NCBI GenBank assembly: GCA_040954595.2
Contig: CM082597.2
Coordinates: 8,525,778-8,589,777 of the forward strand
Direction: 5' to 3'
Origin: Balanoglossus misakiensis
Lineage: Eukaryota; Animalia; Hemichordata
DNA: 64,000 nucleotides
Within the stretch, counting starts at the first letter, position 1. Each line of letters begins with the position of its first letter. A model generated the notes under the pieces. That model did no database searches, had not been told where the DNA came from, and was given only the letters and a program-made list of their open reading frames with translations. Of the stretch, positions 28,808 to 41,072 are shown piece after piece. The translations under genes were made by a program, and so were the position numbers.

Positions 28808-29909
28808 TTAAGTATGCAAAAATCCTTACATGATATCTCTGTCTATTTATTTATCATGATAAGAAAATTGTTGGAATAAAAATATCAAAGATATTCCTTC
28901 CTAATGCTGCATATAATATTTACATACTCTGGCAGTCTTGTAAGTACAATGAAATGTTAGTCAAAAGCTCTTCTTAAGAACTGAGTAATTCTCAGTACAA
29001 AAAGCAATATGAGGAAAATACCAACTTAGCATCTAATGCAAAATCAACAAAATTGAGGAATGGTGTCCCCCCTCCCCTTCAGCACTATACATGATTCTAC
29101 AGCCTCATGGGGTCATTCTTCACACACACATAAAATGAATGGCTGATTACATGAAATATTTTCGAAAGTCAATAAGTGGTCACGAAAGGCTCTTGTTTTT
29201 GTTAAAATAAAAAAAATGTTAGGAAATTCAAGAAAAGTAGAAAGCAATGTTTCCAGGTTTTTTGGCTCTTGCATGATTCGTGCAAAATTATCGCTCATGA
29301 AAATTTCCTGTTTTACAGTACATCTTAAGTATCTTTTTTTCACACCAGAAGACAATGCATAGTTGCTTTGTGTATGGCAGACTTTGTATTACGATAGACA
29401 CTGACAACCAGTTACATCTGTCTAGCATACAAATATGGTCATATTGAAATAAGGCATTACAATGGAAACGAAGTAAAGCTAATGCAAGAATTAGTACAGA
29501 ACAAATCTATTCTGTTACTACACTGGAATAACCATTCTTTGTTATTTGATCTGTTTAAAAATTATTTTCTTTTATAATCAAGGAACTAAACACTGAAGAA
29601 TGAATGGAGGTGATAGCTTTGGAATGGATGTGTGTTTACAGGAAATACTGATGAGAATGATAAATATTCCAAATCCCCAACACTTGACTGTCTGGAATAT
29701 TTGAAAATTCCTGCATACCTTGAGAAATTTCTGACATTTCTTTGGGGATCTGGGTTTCATTTAGTATGGGGATCTGGGTTTCATTTAGTATATAGAAGTT
29801 ACAATGGTAATGAAGGCATGAACAGTCTCCTGTTCATTATAGTCAGTTTCCTGTATGAATTTATTGATTCAGAATATCAAAAAGACTCATGTCATCAGCC
29901 AGCAGACTG

Positions 29910-30133
29910 CTACTTGATTGTTGCTGTGTTTTTTGCATGCTGGGTGCCAAGCCCATCTGAGGTACCTGTGGTCAAGGCCGTGGCTGGTGTCCTAGTAACA
30001 GCTGTTGTTGTTGTGATTGCTGTTGTTGTAAGAACTGCTGTTGCTGTCGCCATGTTTGTTGTGTTGCTGCTGGTTGTTGTTGTGGTGGTGGTGGAATGCT
30101 TGCTTGTGTTCCGTTGGCTTGTTGTTGCTGCTG
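29910..30133 (-). CDS. Probable terminal exon: Thr-rich mucin-like segment
   Basis: Acceptor AG at 30134-30135; ATTSQRNTSKHSTTTTTTTSSNTT...; stop at 29910-29912 may be premature. Confidence 0.5.
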
Positions 30134-31259
30134 CTATTGAATGCAAACAAAATGGCTTTCTTTTTAAAGTCACTTCACAGAATGTGGTAATGTGTCAGGA
30201 GACAGCTCTGTTTAACGTTGTTCACATTTGTCAATCAGACTGAAATTTAGGGCGGCATATTGTAACTATGGCAAATAGATTTAGGCTGTGTCTAAAATTT
30301 GATGGTTAGTTTCAGGACCCCCATTGACCTAATTAATTATGTACATGCCTAATTCTACACTAACCAATCGATCTTTAGATTTTGTAGGACATAAATCAGT
30401 TTAGGATCAACACTTTTTGACAAAATTTTGGGTATCCACAGCAGATAATCCTTGGCATTCTGTAGAAACCCTGGGAATCGCTTGGGCCAGGTGAACACTG
30501 CTTGCAGCTTTAATTCACTATGTAATCAGATGCAGACATTTTGAAAACAACGTGATTTAAATTCTAAGGAAACTTTTGTTAAAGGGTTATGATCGACTAA
30601 TGCGCATGTGCTAAAGCAGAAACTCTGGGTACAAAAACTTTATCAATGACACAATTCTGTCTATACAACAGACAATATGGCGGCAACCATAGTCTGTGTT
30701 GTAGATTTGGAAAAGACAGCAAATTAAGTGAAAAGAAGAGACAAAACTAAAGTCTTCTTATATGGTGTGCAAGAAATATGGAAGGAAGCGAAGGCAGTCC
30801 ACTATTCGAATGCACACACATAAAATTTGCAGATATTTGGATTGGACGTTATTTTGTACACACAAATTACGCACATGTGCCTAAGAGTAAGAGGATTGTC
30901 GGCATTTAAAACTCACTAACTGTCTGCCAGAGGTTATCATCAGTGCTTCCACACTGGTACCATGGAACAACTAGAAGAGTCAAAAATAAGACTGAGACAA
31001 GATTTGTTGTATTCCTCTGTCTAATTTAGGTCTGCTTTGAGCAAACAGTGCATTGAGTTTATTCTGCGTGACTGTCAGGTCCCCAATACATTAAAATAAG
31101 TTTGGGAATGGAACAGACCATGTTATTTGTAACATCAAGAAAGCTCCTTTTTTGAGAAAAATGGTTTCATTTTTCCCCACATAACAATTCCCAGGAGTGA
31201 CACGGGTTTCAGTCTTGGTTTTCTAAATATTCACTGTTCACATTATTGTGACAACTTAC

Positions 31260-31500
31260 TTGTAAGAGGTGTCTTAGTTGTTGATGTGTTGATTTTACAT
31301 TGGATGGCTGTGCTGGCACTGCTTATTGTTGTTGTTGGGCTCTCTGTTGTTGTAACCTTTGTAATTGCTGTTGTTGTTGATGTTGTTGTCTTAGTGCTAT
31401 GAGTTGACTTTGTCTTGCATGTTGATCTTGCTGTTGTTTCAATTCAATTTCAATTTTTCTGTGCCATCTCTAGATTCTTCTGCAGTGCTTGAATATTCCT
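31260..31500 (-). CDS. Exon: Thr/Ser-rich mucin-like segment, frameshifted
   Basis: AG/GT ends; EEYSSTAEESRDGTEK//IETTARSTCKTKSTHSTKTTTSTTT...; frame break at repeated ATTGA ~31435-31455. Confidence 0.55.
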
Positions 31501-33334
31501 CTGAAAGATCAAACAAAGAAAAGTGTAAACAGTCAAACATTGTCATGTGTCTACCTACAGGTAACAAGACTACAGGAGCCTCAGCCAATCCAAGCTTTTC
31601 ACTTGTGAGACTATTGAAATCAATTTAAAGCTCAGTAACTCCAACTTTGGGTTATTTCCTCAATAATTTTGTTTTGGTGGTCACCTTTCATTGAACAATG
31701 AATGGGCAAGTGCTCGCCCACTTCTTCAGTGAATTTCACTGTTTGTTTATCTCATCATAAAAACTTGGGCACCGCAGTCCTTTGGACAAAAATATTCATG
31801 TGCGGTGATTTAAAATCAATGTTGCAAGAAGCAGAATTAATCACAGGATTAACGGCTTCTGATTGAAAAAATACTAAATGCTTAATATGCCATATGCCGC
31901 ACACAGAGTGATCACATTAGTCAATTGGACCGCTGTTCCAAATTACTAAAATGATTGCAACGTTTTAATATTATATTTATTTTAGAAACCCTTGCATCTG
32001 AGCTTCACTTTAAAGTACTTCCATTTACTAGTAGTACAAGTACACATCAGTTAACATTGACAGCTAGGCATGACATCATAGATGTAGGACTTCAAAATTG
32101 ATATTCTGAACAGTGAGGGCGCTCTATCATAGAGGGTTTTAATGAACATGTGTATTTAATTTCATGAATCAGATATGTCGATGAAAACTGCATATTTTAA
32201 CATACGCTTATAGTTAATGCATTTGCAGTATCTAGTCATATTACAGTAATACACCAGACATGTTCTTAACTCAACTCAATGTGTGTAAGTTGAATTTCTG
32301 ACCATACTCAGATTACCCAAGTCCCTGTGACCAACTATACTGCAAGTACACAGAATTGAACTCCGGAAAAACTAGTCACCTTCAATACTTGAACTGGAGC
32401 CACATCCAAAACTTGACTTTGAGATCTTTTATCAAATCAGTTCTCCTTTTAGAATTAGAACTCCCATGCAATTTTTGTGACAGGAGAGAAAATTTAAATT
32501 GGACACCTGCAATCTGAATAATTTCTTCAGTCCCTTTGGTGTTAGACGGGTTTGACTGTACTTGAAAGTGCAGTTGATATACACAACAAAAATGCAAAAA
32601 AATATAATTGTAGACAGTCAGAATTTTGAGGCTGGGAATCATTTACATAGTTACCAGAGTCAATACTGTCACAGTAGTCCATTTCTCTATGTACCAAATT
32701 GTAATAAAACATTGCTATGCAGTCATGTTACCCTTCCAAGACGCGAACACGAGGCCAGAGTAAAAACTTGATTGTCTTGTGTATCAACACTATAGTTGGG
32801 ACTGACTTTCGACAGCCACATTTTATTGTAAGGTCAGTTTTACACTCAACTTGTATCATGTATACAACAAACTAGATGAGCTCGAGCAGTACTCTGTAAC
32901 CTACTGGCCTCCCTTTTCACATTGTCTGCTTGGAGATGACACCTTATTTTGGAAGTGTGCCCTCTTTATGAAAAAGTGTATAATGTCATAATTCATGAAG
33001 TGTTCTGTTACATGTGTAACAGACAGAAATCAACACAAGTGCAGTCAAACCTGTCTATTGTGGCTAGTGAAGGGACTTTCCTAAACTGGCCATTATACCT
33101 GGTAAAAAAGTCAATTAATGTAGATATAAATTACACAGGGACTAGAATAATGTGGCCACTATATAGAGGTGGCCACTCACAGAGGTTTGACTGTATGTTA
33201 ATTTGTGCCATGAATAGCAGACATTTACCAATGACAGTACAATGTATGATTTTAGTGTCACATATCCATGTATTAGACACTTACATTGTACAAACACATA
33301 CATCTTACTTTCTCTCCAAATTGTAGATACTCAC

Positions 33335-33444
33335 CAACACGTGTATGTTGAATCCTGGTCTGCAACCACACTGGTAACGGGCTGGTGTGTTGTAACATAC
33401 TTGTTGGCATGGCGACCAACCAGCTTGATCACACTCATTGTCAT
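33335..33444 (-). CDS. Exon: calcium-binding EGF, 3'-damaged (DDNECDQAGWSPCQQVCYNTPARYQCGCRPGFNI...)
   Basis: Five Cys in frame, sixth out of frame. Confidence 0.78.
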
Positions 33445-33884
33445 CTGTGGGGAAAACACAAATATCATAAATTGTGTTTGAATGAATACATCTGAATTAC
33501 AGTTGTCCTTGAGTGCACATTTGAAAATATACGACAAGAGAAAAAAATTGAAAGAAAGTTAATAAATATCATCTGGCATATAACTTGGTCATATCATATG
33601 TTTATCTGTACCAGTACTGTATACTGATGAACAAACAATGTAGTAACCAAATTACATTTTACAAGCTAGTGTTCTGCAAGCCAAAAATATCACACACGAG
33701 ACAACAGACTCAATTTTTTTAAATGTGTAACTTTGGAAAGTGCCTGTTAACTTGTATTTATTATTTTTTTACATGGTGACTCGCTGTAAAGTCTGTCACT
33801 TACAACTTGTGTAAGCGCCCTTTTGAGGCAGGAAATTCCAAGCCATAGTTGGCCTATCCCCTCCCCACTCAAATAAAAACTTAC

Positions 33885-34004
33885 CTAAACAATTGTCATG
33901 ATCTGCACTCATAGAGAAACCATCATCACCACAACAACAGCTGAATCCACCCTCTGCATTGAGACAACCTCCAGCACAGACAGAATCTGAACACTCATTC
34001 ACAT
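33885..34004 (-). CDS. Exon: calcium-binding EGF (DVNECSDSVCAGGCLNAEGGFSCCCGDDGFSMSADHDNCL)
   Basis: DVNEC consensus; phase 1-1. Confidence 0.87.
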
Positions 34005-34837
34005 CTGAAAATAGAGAAAAAAACATCCATTGTAATTATTCAAGTCAATACCAATCCTCCCTTCCATTAACAATTTCCCTAAAGGGAACAAATTCACATG
34101 GCTTTGAAATTAAGTATTAACAGTGATATTTTAATATTTCTAACAGACACGACTTTTCTAAACTTTGAGTCTTTTTGTGGATTTGTAGAAATTATCTACA
34201 AACTGAGCTGTCAGGTCATGGCTGTTTGTGCTTTGGCATGCACACATATCCCAGAATGCCCAACAGGGTTGGCAGTGAAATTGATAAACTCTTCACCTAA
34301 GATTTCAAACTCGTAGATCTCAATAGATTCTCACACTCCTGGCATGCTGAGAGTGTGGGATCAGAGTGTGAGAACAAATCAATCCCACATTCTCACTGAA
34401 TCGAAAGCTGTATATGACACGAGCGCTGATCGGATGACAAAGCGTTATTTAATAACGTGCGCTAAATGTTATCCAATGACGTGATACAGAAACTACAATG
34501 TGCAAGATGACAGTTCAAGATGTTTTAAGACGAATTGGGCTAATTTATTGCCATGTGAGAAATATAATCTCACACACCAAGGACCTGGGATCATATTTCG
34601 CACACTCGTCAGGGATAATTTGTCCCACACTCGCCTGCAGCTTGTTTGGGACAGAAAATCCACAATTCATGTGAGAAATATGAAATTTGTACAGTCCTAT
34701 GAACCTAAAACATGAAACAAAAAATGTTTGCTTGTTGGTAGTTTCCCGGAACAATTAAAAACCGCGTCTCCTCATCAATTTTGACATTTTGAAAGATGCT
34801 AAACAAAACTCATTTTTGGGCCTTATCGGTAGCAGAG

Positions 34838-34933
34838 TGACGTCATTTTCTGGGTAGCCAGAACTCACTTCCGGCACAGCATTTGGGTGTTTCACATTTC
34901 TCCGTTGTTGCTGGCTTATCTGTCGACAAGCAA
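34838..34933 (+). promoter_or_regulatory. Candidate promoter/5' exon of the transposase gene
   Basis: CRE palindrome TGACGTCA (34838-34845), ETS-type CACTTCCGG (34866-34874), then CAAG|GTAACG donor-like site. Confidence 0.35.
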
Positions 34934-35832
34934 GGTAACGTAAATAAGGGATTTATAAGTGGCCTTGACAGTGACCTTCACATAAGACTTCTTGACCCTA
35001 TGACCTTTCATGTGATGAGCAGTTGCCAAAATAACTTTCTCTTTGTGACCAATCCAGACCGAACACTTTTCTATTCTACTACACAGAACAAACTAAACGC
35101 AAAGTAACTCATGAAGGGAAACGCTGACAAAATCTACGCCTACCAGTAATTTTCAAATCAGGTAACTGCATCTGAATTTATACAAATTAATTGAATATTG
35201 CCTTTGTGGTTGTCTGATGTCAATTTTTAATTGAAGAGTTGTTGTGTTAGAGTTAACTTGCGTGAATTGCTTGCCTTTTATTCTGACAGTCAATTAAAAT
35301 TTCAGGATGCAGCTCCCACTTCTAGATTGAAAATATGAAATATTTAAAATATATGTATTTATATTTTAATGTAAAACACTATATCACAAGTCATCCTTTC
35401 AACAGAGGTGGGCCAAACCGTAAAGGAAACTGAACAATCATTCAATGCTCAGATATTTGGATTGACAACTCTTCTCTTTGGCACAATATTCAATTTCAAA
35501 CATTTTTGAATACAGTAATAAATGCATTTAATATTGCATGTATTAAATTTTGCTATTTTACAATTGGGGCAAGTGAGTGTGCATTTCAAAAAAAGAAAAG
35601 TCACTGTTTGTTCCTTTGATTTGTGTATCATTTGATCATTGCAACCATACACTTTCATTGACGAGAAGTGTCAAAACATCCACAGGTCTATTCATTGAAT
35701 GTGAGGTGCAAAGCTAGAAATGGAGATGTTACAAGTAGTGCACGAGCGTCGTATGTGGAAATCTAATGGTTGGAGGAGAGAAATAAAAATCGCATTGTTT
35801 GTTGTTTGCACATGTGCACAAAGTCATTAAAT

Positions 35833-38800
35833 ATGGCATCCTTCATGTCATTTCGGGAACGATCGCGATCGTCGACGAAAAAAGTTGTTGCATCTGCCTC
35901 ACGAGAGCATCATCTCGTTTTGACAACTCAAAATCGTATGCCAAACACTTAGGGGCATGTTTCAGAGCCGCGCTGAAGGTAGGAGGGGCTATTTGTGCAT
36001 GACGTGCAAAGCAAGTATCAGAAAGTTTTGCGAGGATCGATCGTTGGACTTCAGCCACTTACTTGACAAAAAAGGCCAGAAAGGTGGAAGTCAAGGACAA
36101 AGGCAGTATGGGGGACAAAGAATAAAACTGGCAAGGTGGGAGAGTTCTTCATCCACGTTGAGGAGTAGCGAGGAAATAGGCAGCGAGGGTTCCAGCTGTG
36201 ACTACCGGAGTTGGTTATCTGCGGCAGGTGCATGTGGATTGCTGCCACCCGTTGTCATTGTCAGTATTCTCCATCACGTAAATGTCACTGATATTGTGAA
36301 TTTCACATCAACATGTTCATTTTTGAATACATTTCGAGCTGATGCTATAATTTGGCGTCAGAAATTTATTCACGATTTTCCAGAGAAGTATGCCACACTG
36401 AAATCTCATAAGGCAGGCTTTTTTGATAACACCACATCATGGTTTGAAATTTACAAATTATCGAAATTTTCTGATCTCAACCACCAAAATGACACACAAC
36501 AATATTTAAGTCAGATCAAAGCACTGTCTGTTCAAATGAATAATGCCTTCACGGAAATTAATGACGTGAAGGAAAAGTTGGCAGCAACACAAAAATCTCT
36601 CAGTGACATTTTGACCATGTCACCAACCAAACCACTCACAGTAACACAAGAAAAAGTCTTCAAAACTATGACAGTAGTTAAAGAAAGAAAGAGTTTGGAT
36701 GTTAGTTCCAGAGGAAGACCAAAAGTGTATATTGCAATACCCCAGACAGAAACATCATCGATAGAAGCTACAGAAAGAACAAAAAGAGCCAAGTGTCAGC
36801 TGATGGAGAAAATTGAAAAAATGCAGTGTGTCAACAAAAATGAGAGTGGAGAACTTAATAAAGCAATTTAGAGTAAAGAATAAGCCGAGACAAAGCTATC
36901 TACATCAAGGCAGCACGAGAAGCCGGTATACCAGTACAAGGAACATTTTCCAGGGAAACAAGTTCTTGCTTTTAAGAGCATAATGCCAATGACAACCTGG
37001 CGGCTTTTGAAGCGCACGTTCAAGATGGAGCTGGGTGTTGATGTGCTAGGAACAGAGAGGCAGTTAAGACAGGAGCTAGAAGAGATGGAGTTTAGCTATG
37101 AATACGGAAGTTTTGAGAGTGAAGAGGAAGGTGGACCAATTACAGTCCTTTATGTGCGAGTTGCAGATGTACAAGAAGTTCTTCATAAAATGGTTGCAGA
37201 GTTCAAGGCAAATGGAAAGCCGACACATTTTGACAATATATCAAGAGACACACTGTGGCTTTGTGTATCTGGTGACAAAGGTGGCAACTCTACAAAACTG
37301 ATGTTACAAGTCATGAACAATAAGACTCAGCATTCTATTAAGCAGTCTAAACTACTGGGTTTTATTTGAGGGTGGACATGATACCCGAAAGCATATTGAG
37401 ATGGTGTTCAAAGATATCATTGCTGACTTATGCAAGTTGCAGACAGAAATCGCAGAAATGAAGCTGGAACTGCCTGAAACATTTCAGTGTGACAAAAAAA
37501 CAAGGAGCCTGGGATCACAAGGTAAATTTGTAATTTCTTCTGCTTAATGTCACTAGTCATTACTTTGAAAATTTACCCGGATTTTTATGATAACACAGCA
37601 AATGTATATTAATTTGGAAATGTTTTCATTACTAGTGCCAACAAGTGATGGTGTACGTCCAACGAGAACTACACAGACTGGATTCAAACCAATGCGACCC
37701 TTCAATGAAGATAATCAGACTGTCAGTGTTAATTGTGCGTACTGTAAGCTGCAACATGGTAAGCAAATTGACATCACCCAATTAACAATAAATGTAGTGT
37801 AAATAGGAAAGAAAATGATAATACAAATAATTATCAACACAAAAGAAAATATAAAACCATAAACATACTTGCCTAATAGATTATCAGCAATTATTGTCAC
37901 AAATGTTCTCTGTTTCAAAAGAAACTACAGTAATATGTGCAGTGGTGGATGCTAACCAAAATTAGTTTCCTTAAAGCTGTTGTAGTCAGCAGACATGTAT
38001 TTTTTTACATGTTACTGTTATAACCATGATTGTTTACATTCTACTTGTCAAATAACCTTTATTCAAATTTTGTGTTTTATTCTTTTAACAAGCAAAGTGA
38101 AAGAGTGCAGCCCACAATGTGCCCAAAGTTCAGGACAGGCAGTTGACAGTGAGGAAACGCGACCATTATCTCTGGGGTGTAGAGAATGTGCAACAATGGA
38201 TATCGATGATGATCAGCTTTCTGCATCGCCGTCTATCTACACTCAGTGTAAAATTAGCTGGTGAGGAGACTGGGAATGGCTTGCAAGATTGATAGGAATA
38301 ACTGGTCCAAATGGGAGATACTTTTGTCTTCATTGTTACTGTACCCTCTCTGATTTATGCAAGGGTAAACCCCATGCATATCACATTCTTGATAAATATA
38401 AAGCGCTCTTTCCAGATTCCGCTCCAGCAACATTTGCACTGAGAACATTTCATGACTTAGAAAGACATTCAGTGAACTTTACCAGTACAGCTTATGCAAA
38501 AGATTACAATCATTATAATTGTGAAGCGCTTCCTTTGATTAAAATCACTGGTTTTATTATAGAGAATTTAACAGTGACACCTCTTCACCTGTGTCTTGGC
38601 ATTGGGCTGATGATACTGAACCTGATTGAATCTATGTGTCTGGAATTAGATCGGACATTTTTCAGTGAGAACGGTGTACATTCTGATGAAATGGAAACCT
38701 TGCTAGAAAGTCAGAGAAAACTGTCAGATGACTTACTCTCTTCAGAAAAAGAGCTAAATTTGCTTGAAGAACAAAGTCATGAAATTCAAAAACACATAGA

Positions 38801-39610
38801 TGATGTCAAGGAAGAGTATGCAAACTATTATGAAAAGTCAGGTGGGAAGTTAATTGACAGGTCAAGTGATGCTAAAGATGCCAGAAGAGAAAAACACAGA
38901 AGGAAAATGCTTTACTCGAGAAACAAAAACTAATCAAGTTACAACTAAAACATGTTAAAGAACAACACAAATTAACAGATAATAGTCTTCAAAATGTAAT
39001 AAAAAAACTGGCATGTGTAACTGGTCCATTCGAACAGAAGCTTGATGCCTCCCTTGATAGTTTTAACCTCAAACGATGTGTCTATCATTCTGGGGCACTC
39101 ACTGGCCCTGATGTCCGAAAACTTTGTTTGAAACAAAACATCAGAAAGATTTATAGTGTGTTTAAACCTGCCCTCTTTAAGACAGGTAGTGGTGATAAGG
39201 TATTTAGCTGCCATGCCATGGCTGTCAAAGTCTGCACACTACTCACAAAATTCAGTTTGATATATGATCTCATGATGGCAAATAGACCACTTTGTAAACA
39301 TGAAGTTGAAATTTTGGCAATAAGGTGCACAAGTTTTGGGAATTGGTTTCCTGTTGCATTCCCAAATGCAGACCTATCAAGGAAATTCCATGTGATGACT
39401 GTAGAAGTTGTACGCAAAGTAAGAACTTTGCAAACTGTTGGCATGGAAACTGAACAAGTAACTGAAAGTATCCACTGTTATATTAACAAACTAAATAGAA
39501 TGTATGCAACTGTACAAAATACAGCTAAGCGACAAGAACTTATTGTCAAAACACACAATGTATTCAGTAACCCGGGTCTTCCTGATCTTGCAAAGACCAA
39601 GACCACATAG
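35833..39610 (+). pseudogene. RAG1-core-like DDE transposase with N-terminal FAM60A-like Zn finger and F-box; frameshifted, two introns
   Basis: Collinear motifs RGRPK (~36710), GDKGG (D1, ~37274), FEGGHD, GDWEWL..LIGITGPNGRYFCLHC (D2+CxxC, ~38265-38336), PLHLCLG, YHSGALTGPDVRKL, KFHVMTVE..GMETEQVTESIH (E); introns 37522-37635 and 37759-38097; AATAAA at 39724. Confidence 0.85.
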
Positions 39611-40978
39611 AGAAGATGACATATAGGACAAGTCACTATGTAGCTGTTAGTCTGTTACAGACTTTTAGTGTATGGGAACATACATGTACTTTATTGAACA
39701 CACTCTGCATCTGAAGTGTATGTAATAAAAGCATGTGATTGTTACTTAAAATACAGTGAGGTGTGATTTTCTTGTTTGCATTTTGGTTAATGTTACTTTG
39801 TCTGTTCTAGACATTGTCATTGTTTTTGTTTGTTTTGTTTTGGAGTGAATGGGCAATGAATGCAGCCTGGTCAGAAGTCTGAGTCCCAAATGTTTGAAGT
39901 TGTCATCCATGACCTAAGAAAAAGTGGAGCAAACCATAGACGGCTTCTGTTGCAGTGATTCAAATACTTTGAGATGAACGGTCGACCCAGCATAAACAGC
40001 ATATACAACTTCAGCACCGAAGTTTTCTGAGAAAGATGACAAAACTTTATTTTTCCATATTTTTTAAACAAACCTGACCCATTAAAGTTACCAAAATATG
40101 TTAAAATTTCTTTGGATGTTGAACGGTTTTTCAACCCAATATTGGAAAAAATCTTAGGAACCTAAAATGATCTCAAGAATATTAATGAGCTTGAGTTGTG
40201 TGAAGTTAATCAGATCCACCGTATATATATTCCTATGTAAACTGTCAACCACAGTTAAGGTGTTTTCGACTGCCTATCGTGTACTAAAGTGTGTAGAATA
40301 ATATCGCACTACGAAATTAGAACTCTGAATCGGGCAATATTATTATCATTTCGCGTTTTTTTTCGGTACACCGTCCGAGCTGTTGATTAATTACTATAAT
40401 TTGTAGGAACATACATTCAGAACGATTGCATCGGGGAAGTGAGTTACCGGTGTTAATATGTAAACAGATCGACATCGGCGATGTAAACGTGGCGAAATTT
40501 ACATGGATATTGAAGGGGTTATTTTATTCTTCACGGAAAATATCGTTTTCGGCGTTATAAAGTCCGTTAAAATTTGAATATTTAATGAGAAAGTGGGAAA
40601 ATGACGATTTTCTGCACTTCCGCACTCGATCTTCTTCAAATTTTCTGTGTAAGCATTCCTGAACTTTGGCCTTATCATCCTGGGCATTGATTAGTTCAGA
40701 TTTTGGATCAAAGCATTATATATAGCGGTGTACAGGACGGATAAGGGGGTGGCTTCTTTGTTGTTGACATAGTCGACATATTTGCCGTTGGTGGCGTAAT
40801 TAACGTTTTTCCCATTGTGCTTTGCGTGACAATAGGGGTCATGCAGGTCATGGGCGATCGATTAGATTGTCAAGGCGCTTATGGCAGCGAACGCTCGTGT
40901 GAGGTGAGATCACAACAAGTGATGACTCATAGAGGAGGAAGCACAGCATGTGATGACTCATCTAACCTGTCCACTTAC

Positions 40979-41072
40979 CTAGACATTTAGGACAGCACTG
41001 CCCTGGTACACATGCAAAATTAGAACATGTTGTGGCTTCACACACTGTTAAATTACAAGTCACAGTACCATC
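40979..41072 (-). CDS. Exon: duplicate of 59052-59145
   Basis: Two amino-acid differences; phase 0-1. Confidence 0.85.

Larger units (their letters stand above)
34700..40899 (+). mobile_element. Degenerate RAG1/Transib/Chapaev-like DNA transposon in an intron of the KCP-like gene (left end uncertain)
   Basis: Encodes RAG1-core-like transposase; right boundary fixed where homology to host intron copy (58973 onward) begins, ending ...CGCTCGTG (5'-CAC on the other strand). Confidence 0.7.

Noticed and set aside
29632-30243. 203-aa hydrophobic plus-strand ORF
   Set aside because: Antisense shadow (Val-rich) of the Thr-rich minus-strand exon
32380-32560. Possible additional minus-strand exon (also 30921-30970)
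   Set aside because: Plausible donor sites but no recognisable domain and ambiguous frame; not called
35570-35830. Cys-containing frames upstream of the transposase start
   Set aside because: Multiple stops and no convincing motif; the ATG at 35833 already aligns with the FAM60A-like start
39871-40687. Convergent minus-strand ORFs as a RAG2-like partner (ProtoRAG arrangement)
   Set aside because: Short, no kelch GG/W repeats or PHD cysteine pattern; no RSS heptamer-nonamer seen
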